A stretch of 60,576 nt of DNA. Origin: Candidatus Micrarchaeota archaeon (GTDB lineage Archaea > Micrarchaeota > Micrarchaeia > Anstonellales > Bilamarchaeaceae). The DNA lies in assembly GCA_038046765.1 (NCBI GenBank), contig JBBSVN010000008.1:1-60576 (forward strand). Reading direction: 5' to 3'. Within the stretch, counting starts at the first letter, position 1; each line of letters begins with the position of its first letter. This document shows positions 18,817-28,985 of this stretch, piece by piece. The notes below the pieces were generated by a model. The model did not search any database and had not been told where the DNA came from. It worked only from the letters and a program-made list of their open reading frames with translations. The position numbers were made by a program, and so were the translations under genes.

Positions 18817-19776
18817 TTAATATTCCATAGCTAAATCTCTAAGCCTTATCCTGTTTCCCCCAATAATAAAATCTTCATTAACGCCTAGATATTGAGTATA
18901 GTTAATTCTACCAACACGTAATTCGATAGCTGCAGTTGCCCCTGAATTACTTCTTGCTGGAGCTACCTGCAATATTTCTACTTCCTGCCCTCCAATTCTT
19001 TTTGGAACTCCTGGCATGGCCTTTGTTAAACCAGTTACTGCATTTGTAGAGTCGCTACTTTGGAAAATTGCGCCATACTTTGTTTCGCCCATTGGTTCAG
19101 ATAAATCTGCAACAGTAACGCGTATATTCCCCCAGGAAACTGTGCTTCCAACCTGAACTAAACCTAGACTTCTTCCAGTTACTTGCCCGTTTCTTTTTAG
19201 GTTAATATGCAAATCTGCACCATTCATCATGTTAAAAGTAGTCCCTGCAAAAGTCCGGAGTGCAGTTACTTCTATTGAATCTCCGCCTGGTAATCTTATT
19301 GTTTCAGAATTATTTAGTCCGGGTTTTACTATTGCAATTCGGGTACCTAAAATCGGATCTTCTATTTTTAATATCGCATGCGAAACATCGCTTCTGTTTT
19401 GAGGCTCTGAAATATCAAGTAATTCGACAGATACTCCCTGCCCTCTTAAGGTTAATTCATTTCCGAGGTTAAGTACGCCTCGTGAACTAGCTTCTGTAGC
19501 GCGATTTCTGGTTATAGTTACACTAAGATTTGCTCCAAGTGCATTCCCGCGATATCCGTTTATTACTTCTTCTCCGCTTACTTTTATTTCCCTACCGTCA
19601 TGAAGTTTTATTTTTACATCTCCGCCTTCGTAAACCTGCCGATAATTTATTCCCTCCGGAGTTCGGATTGCGATTATTGCCATGTGCCTTTTTTCAGTCT
19701 GATGGAGTTCGTTAATCGGATCTTCTGTTCTTACTGGTAAAACTGAACTTTTTTCCTTAAATCCTGGAGCTGCCAT
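18817..19776 (-). CDS. Beta-rich repeat protein related to the neighbouring S-layer-like repeats
   Basis: GVLNLG...V.L.D(I/L)SEP...AI repeated; GGTGA RBS. Confidence 0.6.
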   Translation of the reverse strand: MAAPGFKEKSSVLPVRTEDPINELHQTEKRHMAIIAIRTPEGINYRQVYEGGDVKIKLHDGREIKVSGEEVINGYRGNALGANLSVTITRNRATEASSRGVLNLGNELTLRGQGVSVELLDISEPQNRSDVSHAILKIEDPILGTRIAIVKPGLNNSETIRLPGGDSIEVTALRTFAGTTFNMMNGADLHINLKRNGQVTGRSLGLVQVGSTVSWGNIRVTVADLSEPMGETKYGAIFQSSDSTNAVTGLTKAMPGVPKRIGGQEVEILQVAPARSNSGATAAIELRVGRINYTQYLGVNEDFIIGGNRIRLRDLAMEY

Positions 19777-19797
19777 AGTAATATCACCAACGTAATT

Positions 19798-19807
19798 GGG
19801 GGGGGGG
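19798..19807 (-). promoter_or_regulatory. C10 tract between TATA box and RBS
   Basis: Minus strand reads TTATAAActttg-C10-aattacgttGGTGAtattactATG. Confidence 0.5.
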
Positions 19808-19911
19808 CAAAGTTTATAACTGTTTTGTGTTCTTGAGGTTTTTTAGGTAGTTTTATCGAAGGAACGTGAAATATTTAAAGAACCTTTGATAAATCTTATT
19901 AGGTGTAATTA

Positions 19912-20100
19912 ATGGAAACAGTAACTGTTCAAAAACAAGTTTTTCAAAATTTCGTTGTGGACCTAGAGAAATTACCCACAGATTTTGAAAAGATGCTTGA
20001 CTATTAATTAGAAATGGAAACCCAAAAAAGACTTTCTGAGGCTAAAGAAGGAGAAATTAAAATGTTAGATGATACAGATCATAAAAAACCAGTTAAATAA
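19912..20100 (+). pseudogene. Small antitoxin-like ORF with internal TAA (20005-20007)
   Basis: AGGTG RBS; METVTVQKQVF...DY*LEMETQKRLSEAKEGEIK continues in frame. Confidence 0.5.
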
Positions 20101-20120
20101 TTTTATTTTCTTTTTCTTTC

Positions 20121-20558
20121 TTAAACTCCTTCTATCTCCTTATCAATCAACTTCGCTAATTCTCTCATTCTTCGCATTTGCCTGAGCATATCGTTTTCTA
20201 ATTCTTCCATCGTCCGGTCTAAACTTGTACTTCTTAAAAAATAGTATTTTCCTTGTTTTCTTACAACTCCGGATTGAATAAAAATATTAAGATGATAGAC
20301 AATTGCGCCTTGCGTTACATGTTCTTTTTCCATGATTTCACGAGTTGAAACTCCCTCCTGATCCTTAGTCGCTTTAAGCAATTCTTTAAATATTTGGGCT
20401 GCTAAATCATTTTCACCTTGGGCAAGGCCAAGACACTCGCAAATCCATTCTATTTGTTTTTCCATGTTATTTTGGTCAGTTGGAGGGGTGACGTCACGTA
20501 TTGCAATCTCTGCAATTACTCGTGGTTTTTGCTTTTTTATTTGTAATTCGCTAGTCAT
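20121..20558 (-). CDS. Winged-helix transcriptional regulator divergent from the chaperone operon
   Basis: STREI....VTQGAIVYHLN.FIQSGVV.K HTH-wing. Confidence 0.8.
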   Translation of the reverse strand: MTSELQIKKQKPRVIAEIAIRDVTPPTDQNNMEKQIEWICECLGLAQGENDLAAQIFKELLKATKDQEGVSTREIMEKEHVTQGAIVYHLNIFIQSGVVRKQGKYYFLRSTSLDRTMEELENDMLRQMRRMRELAKLIDKEIEGV

Positions 20559-20587
20559 ATGCAGTAATAAGCGTACGATAGGTTTAA

Positions 20588-20647
20588 AAATATTTCGAAA
20601 TATTTAACATATCGTTCAAAATTTTAATGATTTGTTAAAATTTTAAA
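20588..20647. promoter_or_regulatory. Palindromic candidate operators in the regulator/hsp20 divergent promoter
   Basis: Perfect 18-bp AAATATTTCGAAATATTT (20588-20605); two AAAATTTTAA repeats. Confidence 0.45.
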
Positions 20648-20698
20648 CAAAGTTAAAAAAAGTTAAAATTAAAGAAAATTCAAAATGAGGTGTTTAGT

Positions 20699-21163
20699 AT
20701 GGCATTGCCGATGCTACGAAGACCAGTAAGTTTAATGGATGAATTAGAAAGAATGCAAAGAGAGATGGATGAGATATTCGAAATCCTGCCTAGAACCAAA
20801 GATCCATTAATGCTTCAAAGTAAGTTTATGAGTTCAATGTTTAAGCCACCTTTGATGGATTTAGAAGAAAAAGATAATTTATACATAATCAAAGCCGAAA
20901 TGCCTGGCTTAGATAAAAATGATATTAAGATCGAAGCCGAGCAAAATATGCTTACAATCACGGGGGAAAGAAAAGAAGCAAAGGAAGAAAAACAAAAAGA
21001 TTCTTTCTACTCGGAGCGAAGCTACAATGGATATAGACGAACAATTCAATTGCCATCTGGGATAAATCCAGAAAAGATTGATGCCGAATACAAAAATGGT
21101 TTACTCACTCTTACTATGGAAAAAATGTTTTCTTCAAAGAAAAAAGAAATTACACCCAGGTAA
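20699..21163 (+). CDS. hsp20: Small heat shock protein Hsp20
   Basis: AEMPG..K.DI.I, ERSY..Y.RTI.LP, A.YKNGLL.L. Confidence 0.92.
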   Translation: MALPMLRRPVSLMDELERMQREMDEIFEILPRTKDPLMLQSKFMSSMFKPPLMDLEEKDNLYIIKAEMPGLDKNDIKIEAEQNMLTITGERKEAKEEKQKDSFYSERSYNGYRRTIQLPSGINPEKIDAEYKNGLLTLTMEKMFSSKKKEITPR

Positions 21164-21190
21164 ATTTTTGTAACTCAATGAGGTTTTCAC

Positions 21191-21742
21191 ATGTCCGACG
21201 ATGATAAAAAACAGGAAAAAGTCTTGGAAGAAACAATAAACGAAATAAATAAAGAGGATAAAATCTTCGAAGAACTTGGAACAGAGCAAGTAAAAGAAGA
21301 ATTCAAAAAGGATGACACCAAACAAATGGAAAACCTACTCAAAAGAGTTCACGCAGACTTTGAAAACTACAAAAAATATGTTGAAAAAGAAAAGCAAGAG
21401 CTCTTTGTACGTGCCAACTCGGGGTTAGTACAAAGGCTTTTGCCAATAGTTGATGAATTTGAAATCACGGCAGAATATGCAAAAAAATCATCTGATGAAA
21501 ATATGAAAAAAGGAATCGAATTACTCTATAAAAATTTCCTTAGTTCGCTGGTTAAAGAAGGGCTTAAAGAGTTTGGTGCAATAGGGGACAAATTTGATCC
21601 ATATTTACATGAAGCAATAAAGCATGAAGAAACAGATGTTGAAGAAGGAAAAATTTGTGATGTATTAAAGAAAGGCTACGAATTTAAAGGGCAGGTAATA
21701 CGGCACGCAATTGTAGCTGTAAGTAAGGGTAACGTAAAATAA
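21191..21742 (+). CDS. grpE: Nucleotide exchange factor GrpE
   Basis: ADFENYKK, FDPYLHEA, KGY......IRHA.V.V. Confidence 0.93.
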   Translation: MSDDDKKQEKVLEETINEINKEDKIFEELGTEQVKEEFKKDDTKQMENLLKRVHADFENYKKYVEKEKQELFVRANSGLVQRLLPIVDEFEITAEYAKKSSDENMKKGIELLYKNFLSSLVKEGLKEFGAIGDKFDPYLHEAIKHEETDVEEGKICDVLKKGYEFKGQVIRHAIVAVSKGNVK

Positions 21743-21764
21743 GTAATTGAATTGAGGAGATTTT

Positions 21765-21944
21765 ATGAACGAAATACAGATTCAAATAAATATTGAAGAT
21801 GGCGTATGCGAATGCGGTGATAATATTGTTGAAACGGATGTTAATGTCCATTTTGAAACAAAACATCATCAAGATTATCTTACACTTAAAAGTTCAATCG
21901 CAAGAGGATTAGCGACTGCAGTTCAAGTCGGAATTGCATCATAA
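21765..21944 (+). CDS. 59-aa small ORF with CECG motif
   Basis: GAGGAG RBS; MNEIQIQINIEDGVCECGDNIV...; below the ORF-track cutoff. Confidence 0.5.
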   Translation: MNEIQIQINIEDGVCECGDNIVETDVNVHFETKHHQDYLTLKSSIARGLATAVQVGIAS

Positions 21945-21959
21945 AAAAAGGCGATACTT

Positions 21960-22133
21960 ATGGAAACAATAATGGAAACTAAAAAAATAAAATATGCTTT
22001 GGGAATGCAGGCTTTAAAATTAAAGAAACCTGCATCTGAATCATTAATATATAATTATTTTGGGGACGAAACCCATAAAACCGTCGCAATTTCTATGACT
22101 ATAATTTCTCATGGATTTTTCGAGATATGTTAA
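21960..22133 (+). CDS. 57-aa small ORF
   Basis: GGCGA RBS-like site; fills the gap before dnaK. Confidence 0.4.
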   Translation: METIMETKKIKYALGMQALKLKKPASESLIYNYFGDETHKTVAISMTIISHGFFEIC

Positions 22134-22169
22134 ACAAAAAATTTATGCTAAAAATAGAGGTGTATTATA

Positions 22170-24065
22170 ATGACAAAAATAATCGGAATTGATTTAGGAA
22201 CTTCAAACTCAGCAGCAGCAGTAATGCAAGGAGGACGACCTGCAATCGTACCAAGCGCTGAAGGAATTACACAATACGGAAAAGCATTCCCAAGTTATGT
22301 TGCAATAACAAAAGACGGGCAAAGAATTTTAGGTGAACCTGCAAGGCGTCAAGCAGTAACAAATCCAGAAGGAACAGTTAGTGCATTTAAGAGAAAAATG
22401 GGAACTGATTTTAAATATAATATTTTTGGTAAAGAATACAAACCACAGGAATTAAGTGCAATGCTTTTACAAAAAATAAAAAATGATGCCGAGAAATTCT
22501 TAGGCGAAAGCGTTACAAAAGCAGTCATTACTGTTCCCGCATATTTTGATGATAATCAAAGACAAGCTACAAAAGATGCTGGTGAGATTGCCGGCTTAGA
22601 GGTAGTTCGATTAGTTAACGAGCCAACTGCCGCGTGTCTGGCTTATGGATTAGATAAAGTCGGAAAAGATATGAAAATCTTAGTATTTGACTTGGGTGGA
22701 GGAACCTTAGATGTTACTATCATGGATTTTGGAGGCGGGGTCTTTGAAGTAAAGGCAACAAGCGGGGATACTCAATTAGGAGGAACTGATATGGATAAAG
22801 TAATCGGTGATTTTCTAGTTGACCAGTTTAGAAAAGAAACTGGGTTTGATGTTGCAAAAGATCCTCAGGCGATGCAGCGATTAAAGCAGGCTGCAGAAAT
22901 GGCTAAAATCGAACTTTCAACGACAATGGAAAGCGAAATTAATTTACCATTTTTAACAAGTGTAGATGGAACTCCAAAACACTTTACACACCGATTAACT
23001 AGGGCGAAATTAGAAGATTTGGTTAGGCCTATTATTGACCGGTGCAGGGGTCCAGTTGAACGCGCATTAAGCGACGCGAAATTAAGTGGGACTAATATTG
23101 ACAAAATTATCTTAGTTGGAGGTCCAACAAGAATGCCTATGGTGCAAAAATTTGTTGAAGATGTTGTAGGTAAAAAAGTCGAGCACGGAATCGATCCGAT
23201 GGAATGTGTTGCAATGGGAGCAGCAGTACAAGCCGGTGTTCTAGCTGGTGAAGTAAAAGACATTTTACTACTAGATGTTACGCCATTAAGTTTAGGTTTA
23301 GAAACCTTGGGTGGGGTTACGACTGTATTAATTCCAAGAAACACAACTATCCCAACTAAAAAATCTCAGATATTTACTACGGCTGCAGATTCGCAGACTG
23401 CAGTAACAATTCATGTACTTCAGGGAGAGCGTACCATGGCAAAGGACAATATCGAACTAGGGAGATTCGATTTAATTGGTTTACCGCCTGCGCCAAGAGG
23501 AGTTCCTCAAGTTGAAGTTACATTTGATATCGACGCAAATGGGATCTTACATGTAAGCGCAAAAGACATGGGAACAGGTAAGGAACATAAAATGAGAATT
23601 ACTGCCCCTCATAAAATGGCTCGTGAAGATATCGATAAAAAGATGAAAGAAGCAGAAGATCACGCAGAGCAAGATAAAGTTGCACGCGAATTAATCGAAG
23701 TTAAAAATGAGTCCGAGTCTTTAATCTACACTGCGGAAAAAACAATTGCCGATCTAAAAGATAAGCTTCCACAGGATAAGGTTGTAAAAATAGATGAGGA
23801 GATGAAAAAACTAAAAGAAACTTTAAAGACTGATGATTTAGCTAAAATCAGGGCAGAAAGTGATGCCTTCAAAAAACTCTTGCAGGAAATCGGTTCGTAC
23901 GTTTACGAGCAAACTGGCGGTAAAACTGGTGGCGAAGGTGCTGCTGGTTCATCTGCCCAGCAAGGGGAAGGGCAAACAGGAGCCGGCGATGAAAAAGTCT
24001 ACGATGCCAAGTATGAAAAGAAAGAAGACGAAAAGAAGGAAGATGATAAGGGTAAGGCTGGCTAA
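22170..24065 (+). CDS. dnaK: Chaperone DnaK
   Basis: [36 protein letters not shown]. Confidence 0.98.
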   Translation: MTKIIGIDLGTSNSAAAVMQGGRPAIVPSAEGITQYGKAFPSYVAITKDGQRILGEPARRQAVTNPEGTVSAFKRKMGTDFKYNIFGKEYKPQELSAMLLQKIKNDAEKFLGESVTKAVITVPAYFDDNQRQATKDAGEIAGLEVVRLVNEPTAACLAYGLDKVGKDMKILVFDLGGGTLDVTIMDFGGGVFEVKATSGDTQLGGTDMDKVIGDFLVDQFRKETGFDVAKDPQAMQRLKQAAEMAKIELSTTMESEINLPFLTSVDGTPKHFTHRLTRAKLEDLVRPIIDRCRGPVERALSDAKLSGTNIDKIILVGGPTRMPMVQKFVEDVVGKKVEHGIDPMECVAMGAAVQAGVLAGEVKDILLLDVTPLSLGLETLGGVTTVLIPRNTTIPTKKSQIFTTAADSQTAVTIHVLQGERTMAKDNIELGRFDLIGLPPAPRGVPQVEVTFDIDANGILHVSAKDMGTGKEHKMRITAPHKMAREDIDKKMKEAEDHAEQDKVARELIEVKNESESLIYTAEKTIADLKDKLPQDKVVKIDEEMKKLKETLKTDDLAKIRAESDAFKKLLQEIGSYVYEQTGGKTGGEGAAGSSAQQGEGQTGAGDEKVYDAKYEKKEDEKKEDDKGKAG

Positions 24066-24073
24066 GGTATCAA

Positions 24074-24118
24074 CTAGATTAATTAAGGAGTTAGTGCAAA
24101 CTCTTTAATTACTTCTAG
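24074..24118 (+). terminator. Stem-loop after dnaK
   Basis: TAATTAAGGAGTT-agtgca-AACTCTTTAATTA closed by CTAGA/TCTAG. Confidence 0.45.
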
Positions 24119-24204
24119 AAATATCTAATATTAAATAATTCAAATAAAATCCAAATAAAAATTAAATCAAATTTAAAATATCTAAAATAGCAAACGGTAA
24201 AATC

Positions 24205-24594
24205 ATGCCAAAAAATTATCATAATGTTTTAGGAGTTAAAGACGATGCTAGCGAAGACGAAATAAAAAAAGCATATCGCAAACTAGCTATGCTTTACCAT
24301 CCTGATAAAAATAATTCCAAAGATGCGGAAGAGAAATTTAAGGAAATAAATGAGGCATACGCAGTACTAAGTGGAAAATCAAAACCAGAGGAGTTCATCC
24401 CAGGTAGTTACGCTTCTCCAAAATCTTCAACAGAAATCTGGAGAAACATGTTTAGTGACTTTGTTTTTGGTGAAGAAAAATTGCATGTCGTTATTTGTAA
24501 ATCATGTCAAACTGGCAGATTCTGCCAAACTCGGTCAATGATAAACTCTATGAAAGATGTTGTTATTAATCAGAAGAATAATGCTTATCGATAG
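24205..24594 (+). CDS. Small J-domain protein with C-terminal His/Cys motif
   Basis: [18 protein letters not shown]...CKSC.....C. Confidence 0.85.
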   Translation: MPKNYHNVLGVKDDASEDEIKKAYRKLAMLYHPDKNNSKDAEEKFKEINEAYAVLSGKSKPEEFIPGSYASPKSSTEIWRNMFSDFVFGEEKLHVVICKSCQTGRFCQTRSMINSMKDVVINQKNNAYR

Positions 24595-24625
24595 CCGTGA
24601 GCCTCGAGCTTTGAGCAGTGAGCCA
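24592..24625. repeat. Heptamer element, single arm, copy 2
   Basis: tagccgt-gagcctc-gagcttt-gagcagt-gagcca. Confidence 0.75.
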
Positions 24626-24761
24626 ATTTATCCTGCTTCTTGTACGGATTTGGCCGACAACGTCATGGATAAATACTGGTGTGGTTGTAGGACAGCGGTC
24701 TCAACTAAGAACATGCGCGAGAAATAGTTTAGAAATGCTGTATGTAAGGTGTGTATAACAA

Positions 24762-25919
24762 ATGTCCAAAAAAGACTATTACGAAATTCTTGGTGTTAAT
24801 AAAACTTCCAGCGCAGATGAAATCAAATCTGCATATCGAAAACTCGCCTTTCAATTTCATCCTGATAAAAATAAATCTTCTGATGCTGAAAATAAATTCA
24901 AAGAAATTAGCGAAGCATACGCAGTGTTAAGCGACCCGCAAAAAAAATCTACTTATGATCAATACGGTCACGAAGGATTTTCACAGCAATACTCACAGGA
25001 GGATATCTTTAGGAATGCAAATCCAGAAGATTTTGGTGATATGTTTAGAAATTTTGGATTTGGCGATGTTGGCGATTTATTTGGCGGCGGACGAAGACGG
25101 GGCGATTATGGTGCTGATTTACAGTATGAATTAGATATTAGTTTAGAAGAAGCTGCAAAAGGCGCAAAAAAAGACATACATCTTAAACATTCAACTTCCT
25201 GTTCGCACTGCGATGGAAACGGAATTGAACCTGGAAGCGAAATAATTCGGTGTCAGACTTGTAACGGACGGGGCCAAGTTCAACAAGCACGAACGCTTGG
25301 TGCTATGCGATTTGTTACTGCAAGTACGTGTAATAAATGCCGTGGTGCTGGAAAAATTCCTACTAAATTATGTAAGGAATGCGATGGTGAAGGAAGCGAG
25401 TATAAAAGTGAAACAATTTCCGTTGATATTCCTGCTGGCGTAGAAGACAATATGACCTTAAGGCTAGATAGTCAGGGCGAATTTGGTAAAGATGGTAATG
25501 GAGATTTGTTCATAATTATTCGAATTAAACCTCATTCGATATTTAAGCGCGATGGGGATGATTTATGGATCGAAGTTCCAATAAATTTTATTCAGGCGGC
25601 TATAGGAGATAAGATTGAAGTGCCTACTTTATTTGGCAAAGCGAGTTTTGATGTCCCATCTGGAACGCAAAGTCATAGTGTGTTTAGGCTTAGAAGCGAA
25701 GGAATTGTAAATATCCGGTCTAAGAAAAAGGGAGATGAATACGTTCGAGTCATTGTAAAAGTTCCGGAGAAATTAACAGGTAGACAAAAGGAATTACTTG
25801 AAGAGTTTTACGGAAAAAACGAAAGCCAAAATGAAGGAAAAGAAAAATCAGAGGCCAAAGAAGAAAAGAAAGAATCAAAAAGCAAGAAAAAGAAATCTGG
25901 ATGGTTTGGGGTATTTTAA
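24762..25919 (+). CDS. dnaJ: Chaperone DnaJ
   Basis: HPD motif, G/F region, four CxxCxGxG. Confidence 0.97.
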   Translation: MSKKDYYEILGVNKTSSADEIKSAYRKLAFQFHPDKNKSSDAENKFKEISEAYAVLSDPQKKSTYDQYGHEGFSQQYSQEDIFRNANPEDFGDMFRNFGFGDVGDLFGGGRRRGDYGADLQYELDISLEEAAKGAKKDIHLKHSTSCSHCDGNGIEPGSEIIRCQTCNGRGQVQQARTLGAMRFVTASTCNKCRGAGKIPTKLCKECDGEGSEYKSETISVDIPAGVEDNMTLRLDSQGEFGKDGNGDLFIIIRIKPHSIFKRDGDDLWIEVPINFIQAAIGDKIEVPTLFGKASFDVPSGTQSHSVFRLRSEGIVNIRSKKKGDEYVRVIVKVPEKLTGRQKELLEEFYGKNESQNEGKEKSEAKEEKKESKSKKKKSGWFGVF

Positions 25920-26476
25920 TCCCGAACAACAATCCCCTTCACAAATTCATTAAGTTCTTTTATCGCAACTAATTTTTTCTTTATTACACGACTATAATAT
26001 TCTTTTTCAGTTTTTGTTAATCTTTTTCCACTTTTTAATTTTGAAATTATCTCTATCTGTTTTTTAGCAAAAAGAAAGGATAGCTGATAATTAATTGAAA
26101 CTGGAAGAGAACTGGTTTCTGAAATATTTTGTGAATATTGTTCATATATTTCTTCAAATTCCTCTAGTTTATAACTCAATTTGATCTTTTTCTTAAAAAT
26201 AATTCTCTCAAGAATCTCTTTTTTTTCCTTATTTTGAATTATCTTAGATGCTATATAAATGATTTCTAATAATTTACTTAAAAGTTTTTTTTGTGATTTT
26301 CTTGCGCAATCTAACAGATAGGTATAATCTATTTCAGCTCTTTCAAGAATTAACGGTATTCCTAAGATATATCTTGTTTCTCCTAGTTCAAGGGCATCAA
26401 TTATTGCGTCTTCTGATGTGTGAATCGTGAATAATGAATAACCATATTTAGAAAATATTTTTTCAAAATCTTTCAT
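25916..26476 (-). CDS. Hypothetical partner of the nucleotidyltransferase (possible antitoxin)
   Basis: Overlaps the upstream NTase gene; C-terminal [17 protein letters not shown]. Confidence 0.55.
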   Translation of the reverse strand: MKDFEKIFSKYGYSLFTIHTSEDAIIDALELGETRYILGIPLILERAEIDYTYLLDCARKSQKKLLSKLLEIIYIASKIIQNKEKKEILERIIFKKKIKLSYKLEEFEEIYEQYSQNISETSSLPVSINYQLSFLFAKKQIEIISKLKSGKRLTKTEKEYYSRVIKKKLVAIKELNEFVKGIVVRD

Positions 26477-27068
26477 TTGCCCACCTCTTTGCGATATCTA
26501 AAGCAGTTTGATCAATTTTCATTTGTTTTTCTATAATTGAAAATAAAACTAGGATATTTTCTTTAGCATCCCGAACTAAAGAGTTTGCCATTGTTTTTAT
26601 GTAACGTTCTACTAGTTCCTTTTGATTTATTGGATAACTAGATAAAATAGTTTTGATATCTTCTTCATCTCTTTGGTTAAGCCTTGCAGTTTTAGTTATT
26701 ATCAAATCGATTGGATTTAATGAATATAATTCGAGCTTTTGCATCGTGGTTATTTCGACAGATTTTTCAAAATAATCACTTTCCAGATGAACTGCGAAAA
26801 TGTAACCTTTGCAGTAATAATCAATAACTATATTCTTTCCAATTAGTTTTCTTGCTGATTCTATCTTATAACCTAAACGTTCGGCAGTTTTCAGGAATGT
26901 TTTTTCTTCACTTTCATTCAAAAAACAGATATCAATATCTTTAGTACTTGATTTTTTGTTTAGTAGTGTTAAGGCCGTTCCCCCCACCGCAATTAGTTTT
27001 ATGCTTCTTGGTAAGTACTTATCAAATTCTAGCAATATTTCGAAAAGTTCTTTTGCAACGATTTCCAT
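26463..27068 (-). CDS. AbiEii/DUF6036-like nucleotidyltransferase
   Basis: VGGTAL....K.STKDID; DLIITK..R...RD.EDI. Confidence 0.8.
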   Translation of the reverse strand: MEIVAKELFEILLEFDKYLPRSIKLIAVGGTALTLLNKKSSTKDIDICFLNESEEKTFLKTAERLGYKIESARKLIGKNIVIDYYCKGYIFAVHLESDYFEKSVEITTMQKLELYSLNPIDLIITKTARLNQRDEEDIKTILSSYPINQKELVERYIKTMANSLVRDAKENILVLFSIIEKQMKIDQTALDIAKRWANERF

Positions 27069-27100
27069 AATTAGTTTAGATATAAACTGTTTTTAATTCT

Positions 27101-27160
27101 TTGTATTTTAAAATACAATAATTGTATAAATTCGTACAAAATTTGTATTAATAAGTACAA
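27101..27160. promoter_or_regulatory. Three tandem TTGTA-N8-TACAA operators at 21-bp period
   Basis: Copies at 27101-27118 (perfect palindrome), 27122-27139 and 27143-27160. Confidence 0.7.
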
Positions 27161-27246
27161 GAAAAGAACTAAAGATGGTTTATTTCCCAGGTTATATCTA
27201 ATCTTGGCCAATCGTCTCCTAGTTTTCATTACCCAAACCTTTAAAT

Positions 27247-27260
27247 ATGTGAAATCACAT
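27247..27260. promoter_or_regulatory. Operator ATGTGA-aa-TCACAT of the vapBC-like pair
   Basis: Inverted repeat abutting the TTTAAATA box. Confidence 0.5.
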
Positions 27261-27278
27261 AAAATATTTGTGATCAAA

Positions 27279-27509
27279 ATGGAAACTGTAAATATAACTC
27301 TCGCTTTACCAAAAGACATATACGAACAAATGAAAAGCCACGAAGAAATACGCTGGAGTTCGGTAATAAAATCTATTCTAAAGAAAAAACTAGCTGATCT
27401 TGAATTACTAAATAAGTTAACCTCTAAAAGCAAGCTTACGGAAGCGGATGTAGACGAATTGAGTGATTTGATAAAACATAGTGCAGCAAAAAGGCTAGGT
27501 ATCCTATGA
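27279..27509 (+). CDS. RHH/CopG-type antitoxin
   Basis: VNITLALP..IYEQMK.H.EIRWS; overlaps the PIN gene at ATGA. Confidence 0.8.
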   Translation: METVNITLALPKDIYEQMKSHEEIRWSSVIKSILKKKLADLELLNKLTSKSKLTEADVDELSDLIKHSAAKRLGIL

Positions 27510-27937
27510 AATTTGTCATAGATTCAAATATTCTCTTTGCAGCACTAATGAAAGATTCTACTACTAAGGAGCTAATTATTCTGCTTGATGTCGAACTTTA
27601 TTTCCCAGATTCTTTAATGAAAGAAATTTTTAAATACAAAGATTTAATAAAGAAAAAAGCTGGTTTTTCAGAACAAGAATTTCACGAAAATCTTAAAACA
27701 CTGCTTGAATATATAATCTTAGTTCCAGAAGAAGAACTAAAAAAATTTCTTAATCAAGCTTTAGAAGAAATGAAATTCATTGACCCTAAAGATTCTCCGG
27801 TTCTAGCATGTGCACTAGCTCATGAAGGTTCTGTTATTTGGGCACAAGATGAGCATTTACATAAACAAAAACTAGTTCAGGCAGTGCGTACAAAAGAAGT
27901 TATTGATATATATCTTAAAGGAAAAATTCAATTTTAA
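27506..27937 (+). CDS. vapC: PIN-domain toxin
   Basis: VIDSNIL, E, DPKD...LACAL, IWAQD.HL. Confidence 0.88.
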   Translation: MKFVIDSNILFAALMKDSTTKELIILLDVELYFPDSLMKEIFKYKDLIKKKAGFSEQEFHENLKTLLEYIILVPEEELKKFLNQALEEMKFIDPKDSPVLACALAHEGSVIWAQDEHLHKQKLVQAVRTKEVIDIYLKGKIQF

Positions 27938-28428
27938 TCAATCAACTTCAAGCTCTTCTTCGCCTGCTCGTAAATCGATTTTAACTTCGGATAATTTTCT
28001 TTTAACGCGCTATACGTTACAAAAACAAATCTTTCAACTTTTGGGTCATGAACAATGCACGTTATCATTATCGCTTCCTTTTCTTTAGCACCTACATCTG
28101 CCTTCGCGTTAAATGACATTTCAATCGCATCAAAATTTGCCACAACAATATTTTGTCTTGATATAAGTTTATTCTTATCATGTATATTTAGTCCCGTAGC
28201 AAGCGCGTCTGCAAACTGGTCTAAAGTATGAAATAAAGACGAAGTTATTTTCACTGCGAGCATACCCTCCTGTTTATCTTTGTCGCTAAAGGTATCTCCA
28301 AAATCATCGCTATTAGATATATGCATCCAATTAAGTGGTATATCTAAACTGTATCCATCCTCCTTGTTTTCGTATCTTGTAAATTTCTTATTTAGTAATT
28401 TATCTAGTTCTTTCAAAGGAAACACCAT
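27934..28428 (-). CDS. PsbP/DcrB-like domain protein
   Basis: Y.N...GYSLDIP.NW at the start; V..TY.A....Y......YEQ..KS at the end. Confidence 0.65.
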   Translation of the reverse strand: MVFPLKELDKLLNKKFTRYENKEDGYSLDIPLNWMHISNSDDFGDTFSDKDKQEGMLAVKITSSLFHTLDQFADALATGLNIHDKNKLISRQNIVVANFDAIEMSFNAKADVGAKEKEAIMITCIVHDPKVERFVFVTYSALKENYPKLKSIYEQAKKSLKLID

Positions 28429-28434
28429 TTATTC

Positions 28435-28512
28435 TAGCTTTGGGCAATGGGCATTGTGCTTTGAGCCAAAGTTTCTTTTGCCCATTCGCTCATTGCACAT
28501 AGCTCAAGGCCA
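28435..28512. repeat. Heptamer inverted repeat element, copy 3
   Basis: tagcttt-gggcaat-gggcatt-gtgcttt-gagcc ... gctcatt-gcacata-gctcaag-gcca. Confidence 0.8.
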
Positions 28513-28514
28513 AT

Positions 28515-28913
28515 TTAATGTACTCTAATCCCAAATAGTAATTCTGTTTTTGCAAAATCATCTTGTGATGGTTTAATTGCAACTTCTGTATATTCATGTG
28601 CTTTTGAAATAATATAAACACTTTCTACATTTATTTTTTTCAGAGCGAGCTTTCGCGTTATCTTACCAAGTTCTCCTGGTTTATTTGGGAGTCTAAGGAC
28701 TATTATGTCAGATTCTTTAGCTTGGATATTTGGTATTTTTGAAAGTGCTTTCATTGCACTAGTTGCATCGTTTGTAACTAATCGGATAACTGCATTATTA
28801 TTTCTTTCATATGCCGAAACTGCTTCTATATTTATCCCAGTATTACCTAAGCTTTCAGTTATTGTAGCTAATGCTTCAATTTCGTTTTTTGCTACTACAG
28901 TTATCTCTTTCAT
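28515..28913 (-). CDS. Tandem ACT-domain protein
   Basis: GINIEAV; LPNKPGELGKI...L....INVESVY. Confidence 0.85.
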   Translation of the reverse strand: MKEITVVAKNEIEALATITESLGNTGINIEAVSAYERNNNAVIRLVTNDATSAMKALSKIPNIQAKESDIIVLRLPNKPGELGKITRKLALKKINVESVYIISKAHEYTEVAIKPSQDDFAKTELLFGIRVH

Positions 28914-28985
28914 GTATTCACCTCCATTTGCCTTAATATTATTGATTGCAATAAAGTTAAAAAAACTCTTGTATATAGTTATACT

